Assembly: GCA_002633005.1 (NCBI GenBank)
Contig: NMRA01000299.1
Span: 396,840-445,059, forward strand
Direction: 5' to 3'
DNA from: Phoronis australis
Lineage: Eukaryota; Animalia; Phoronida
Length of the DNA: 48,220 bases
Position 1 is the stretch's first letter, and the number at the start of each line of letters is the position of its first letter. Below, piece after piece: positions 44,064 through 48,220 of this stretch. The position numbers were made by a program, and so were the translations under genes. The notes under the pieces are model-generated. The model ran no database searches and was not told the origin of the DNA. It worked only from the letters and a program-made list of their open reading frames with translations.

Positions 44064-47037
44064 GAAAGGAAAAAGAGTGCTCTTCTAGAGATAAGGTCAG
44101 AGAAATTGAAAGGGTATTACGTCAGATCCAGGGCAAAATGGATAGAGGAGGGGGAACGCCCAACAAAATATTTTTGTAGCTTAGAATCGAGACATTTTTA
44201 TAACAAACTTATGTATGAAATAGAATTGGAAAATGGAGAAATAATTACAAATCAAGAAAAGATACTAGACGTGGCCGCGAATTTTTACGAAAAACTTTAT
44301 TCTGACAACAGTTCTATTGAAAAAAGTAAAATAGAGAATCTTATTGTTTCAAATAAGCTTCCAGATAATTTAGCTATGGAGCTTGAGGGACACATAACAT
44401 ATGATGAACTCTGGACTGTATTGAAAAATTCAAAAAATGAAAAAAGCCCCGGGTCAGATGGTTTCACAAATGAATTCTTCAAGTTTTTCTGGAAAGATTT
44501 AGACTATTTTGTTTTAAGACACATAAATGAAAGCTATGAAAAAAGTGAATTGTCAAACACACAAAAAACTGGGGTCCTAACTTTAATTCCAAAGCCAGAT
44601 AAGGCTAAAAAATTCATAAAAAACTGGAGACCAATAACTTTGCTCAACAGTGTTTACAAGTTGGCATCTGGATGCATTGCTAGACGAATAAAAAAGGTAC
44701 TTGGATATATAATTTCCCCGGATCAGACGGGATTTATAAAAGGGAGATGTATGGGTGAAAACATAAGATTGACCTATGATATTATGAGTTTCTGTGAAAA
44801 AAATGGTATACCAGGGCTGTTATTACAAATAGATTTTGAAAAAGCTTTTGATAGCTTGTCATGGAACTTCATAAATAATGTTTTGGATATTTATAATTTC
44901 AAGGCCTCAATTAAGCGTTAGATTAAAACCTTTTATAATTGTCCCGTGTCATACATTGTTCAAAACGGTTTCCTGTCCAGAAGTTTTACTCTGCACAGGG
45001 GCTGTAGACAAGGTGGTCCCCTTTCTCCGTACGTTTTTATTTTATGTGCTGAAATATTAGCTATGATGACGAAACAAGATAGGGAAATGAAAGGCATTCA
45101 AATAGGAAATGAGGAATTTATACTTACTCAGTATGCTGATGACACACCGTTTTTCTTAGATGGTTCAAGGCGTAGTTTGGAAGCTATTATGGAAGTTTTG
45201 AGTAGATATGCAGATATGTCTGGCTTGAGAGTAAATTTTTCCAAAACTAATGTTATTTGGTTGGGCAGTAAAAAATTTTGCAAGGATGTTTTCCATCACT
45301 CAAGATGGAAGTTGGAATGGGGCATGACGGAATTTAAGATGTTAGGTATCAAGTTTAGTGTTAACCTAGAAAAAATGATTGACATCAACTACAATGAGAG
45401 GATTGATGAAATCAATAATCTTATCAAAATTTGGTCTAGAAGAAAAATCTCCTTTTTTGGGAAAGTTACGGTGGTGAAGACCTTGATGGTGCCAAAAATT
45501 ATTCACATTATGACAACCCTGCCTACTCCATCAGACATAATTATGAATGACTTGAATGCAAGCTTTTTTAAGTTTATTTGGAATAACAAAGTTGAGAGAG
45601 TGAAGAGAGATGTGTTAATCAAAACTTATGAGGAAGGGGGAGTTAAAATGTTAAATATTATTCTTTTTAACAAGGCTATAAAAACTTCATGGATAAAGAG
45701 ATTACTTAATTCTGAATCAAAATGGGTGAAATTGTTTGAACTTGAAACAGGGATTGCAAAATCAAATATTATAAATTTTGGAAATGTTTTTATTAAATAC
45801 CATACTGAAGTAATCAATCCTTTTTGGAACGAAGTTCTAAGTAACTGGTCTTTTTTCATTAGTAAACAGCCCCATAAAGATGCGAACGATTTACTCTCAA
45901 CAAGTTTATGGCATAACGATGAAATACTAATAGACAGAAAATCTATCTTCTTTAGCAAGTATGCTAGTGGTGGTGTTCTTTTTATTAATGACCTACTTGA
46001 TGAAAATAATAGATTTTACTCATTTACTGAATTCAAAAAGATCTCGAACATATCTACAAACTTTTTGGAATATTGTTCTCTGATTGAGTCTGTTAGGTCG
46101 TTTCTGAGGAGAACACCATTACAAATGCAGTTAATTAAGATATATGGACCAATAATACCTTTTAATATCCGTAATTTTTTAAACTGCACATCAATATGTA
46201 AAATGATATATGAAAGTGTCTGCCACAACAACATTTTGCCTATTGCCCAAAAAAAATTTCAAAAGGAAGGTTATAACTTTCGAAGTGATGACTGGAAAAA
46301 ATTATATTCAATGTCTTTTAAAACTACCTATGATTTCAAGTTATGTACACTGCAGTTTAAACTATTACATAGAATACTTGTAACCAACTCTTTTCTTAGA
46401 AAAATTAACCTGGTGGACTCTGATGTATGTACTTTCTGTCATTCACAAAGTGAAACAGTGGATCACATCTTTTTCGAATGCAATAATGTAAAAACATTGA
46501 TAGGAGAATTACGCATTTGGGTGTTGTTGGTAAAAGGTATAAATATGGTTATTGACAAAAAAACAATGTTTTTTGGGATGCCCATAAGTAATGAAAATAA
46601 AGTTTTAAATTGGATACTTTTGCAATTAAAACATTTTATTTACCTATCCAGGTGTAAAAAAGTAATCCCCAGTTTCTGTCAGTTCCTTAAGATATTAGAA
46701 AGAGAATTTTATATTCAAAGAAGGATTTTATTAAATAATGGTAATTTAGATGAATACCATGCAACCTGGAGAAACTGGTTAACCATAACTTTTGCCTGAC
46801 AACATCCTACTAAGAGTAAGTTGGGGGGGGCGGGTGCGTGTGGCGTGTATGTTAAGGATGAGAATGGCTTGATTTTTTCTTACATATCTGTATTTCTGCT
46901 CTGTATACCAAATTGTGATACTTGACGATAATCTGTTGCAACTAATGTACTTGTATACTGTATTGTTTATTGTTTCGTGTAAATTGTAAATACCCATGCT
47001 AGAGAAAATAAAAAAAAACTTAATCGGAAAAAAAAAA
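44064..47037 (+). mobile_element. 5'-truncated L1/Tx1-clade LINE with RT and zf-RVT, one nonsense codon, A-rich tail and TSD
   Basis: RSRAKWIEEGE, KSPGSDG, NWRPITLLN, DQTGFIKGR, DFEKAFD, QGGPLSP, YADD, CTFC...ETVDHIFFEC; in-frame TAG at 44919-44921 splits the two listed ORFs; A-rich tail 47005-47037; TTTCACCATG at 44054-44063 and 47039-47048. Confidence 0.95.
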
Positions 47038-47291
47038 CTTTCACCATGCGCGCGATAACCGCAAAGTATTTCAACATGAGTTAGGCAAAGGCTAGTGCGA
47101 GACTGAGAGAAGCGCGACATTGTCGCGTGACACTTGCAAAATAGCGTGGGATGGGATCAGGTGAAATTTGTAAGATTTGTGTCCCTTGGACTTTTTATTC
47201 GTCAATATGCATGATTTCACGTAACTTCCTCAAAATGGCACCCGGTAAGATAAACCACGACAGATTTTCATCAATTTGTTCAAATTATCTT

Positions 47292-48220
47292 GACTTTTAA
47301 CTGCGCTCCCACAGATTTAGATAAGAAAGGAAAACTAGTGTATTCCACGAAAAGTCCTGTAATACAGAACAACAACTTTTTTAAATCTAATTTCAAGTTG
47401 TACGACGTATGGCGTGAAAATAACCCAGGTGTGAGGAAATACACTTGGAGGGATAAGAATATGTCATGCCAAAGTAGAATTGACATGTGGCTAATTTCCA
47501 GAGAAGTAGCAGTCAAAGACGTTGCCATTATTAACGACTTTGTGTTTTCAGACCACTCTGCCATTACTTTACATTTTGAAATATCCGAAAAAGCGAAGAG
47601 AGGTCCTGGTCTTTGGAAATTTAACACTAGTTATTTAAACGATACCAATTATATAAACAAAATAACTAAATGTGTCGAATTTCATAGTACTAAATACCGA
47701 CATATTCAAGACAAAAATTTAGTGTGGGAATTAATTAAAATGGAAATAAGGAAAACTTCAATCTCTTTTGCAAAAGAGGTTGCGAAGAAGACCCGCTCTG
47801 ACGAAATTGTTTTAATAGAAAAAATTAACGCTTTGACATCCAAGGTGGAAAACGACCCTTTAGAGGAATTAAAAAAAGATTTACAAAAAGCCAAAATTGA
47901 TTTGCAAATTATCCAGACCCAAAAAATTAAGGGCTCGATCCTGCGTAGTAAAGCACAATGGGCAGAACAAGGCGAGAATGGAAAATATTTCAAAAACCTA
48001 GAGGTGCGCCACAGCAAGCAAAAACATATTAACGCCCTTAAAGATGGTGCTAAAATTATACATGATGCAGCATGCATACGGAATATGCAAGTGAACTATT
48101 ACAAAAAACTTTACTCCGATATTAAAGAATGCAACGCCGAAAGAACGTATCCAAACGACCTTTTTAATTTACCAATACATAAAAAGCTATCTCCTGCAGA
48201 TTCTTACGGTTTAGAAAAAA
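47292..48220 (+). mobile_element. Second, distinct L1/Tx1-clade ORF2 (APE endonuclease C-terminal half and linker), running off the window
   Basis: Open frame from about 47296 to the end: FNC...DVWRENNPGVRKYTW...SRIDMWLIS...SDHSAI...RGPGLWKFNTSYLND...WELIKMEIR...LRSKAQWAEQGE; absent from the ORF track because no stop is reached. Confidence 0.92.

Noticed and set aside
45626-48077. Several - strand ORFs over the LINEs
   Set aside because: Antisense shadows of the ORF2 coding frames.

Overview
Eukaryotic, AT-rich animal genomic DNA; the intron structure and repeat content suggest an invertebrate bilaterian, but the species cannot be named from this window. The + strand carries the last 13 coding exons (1491 nt, 496 aa plus stop) of a nucleoporin NUP160 gene over about 33 kb (3717-36940). 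All its introns are GT-AG and phase-consistent. Convergent with it on the - strand are at least 4 exons of a TCFL5-like bHLH transcription factor (42606 down to 39121). Introns and flanks are packed with mostly non-autonomous, often nested transposons: hAT-like, piggyBac, PIF/Harbinger-like and pogo/Tigger-like MITEs, Helentron-type (HINE/DINE-like) elements, CR1/L2 and Penelope fragments, and two L1/Tx1 ORF2 copies at the right end. The most striking unexplained structure is in the Helentron-like elements: most of their roughly 145-bp tandem core units carry a near-consensus CTCF motif (GCGCCACCTAGTGGC), giving about two dozen co-oriented sites inside NUP160 introns. Three single-N positions (14358, 22909, 25037) mark likely assembly joins, one of which flanks a probable duplicated alternative haplotype. 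All family assignments come from motif recognition, not database searches.
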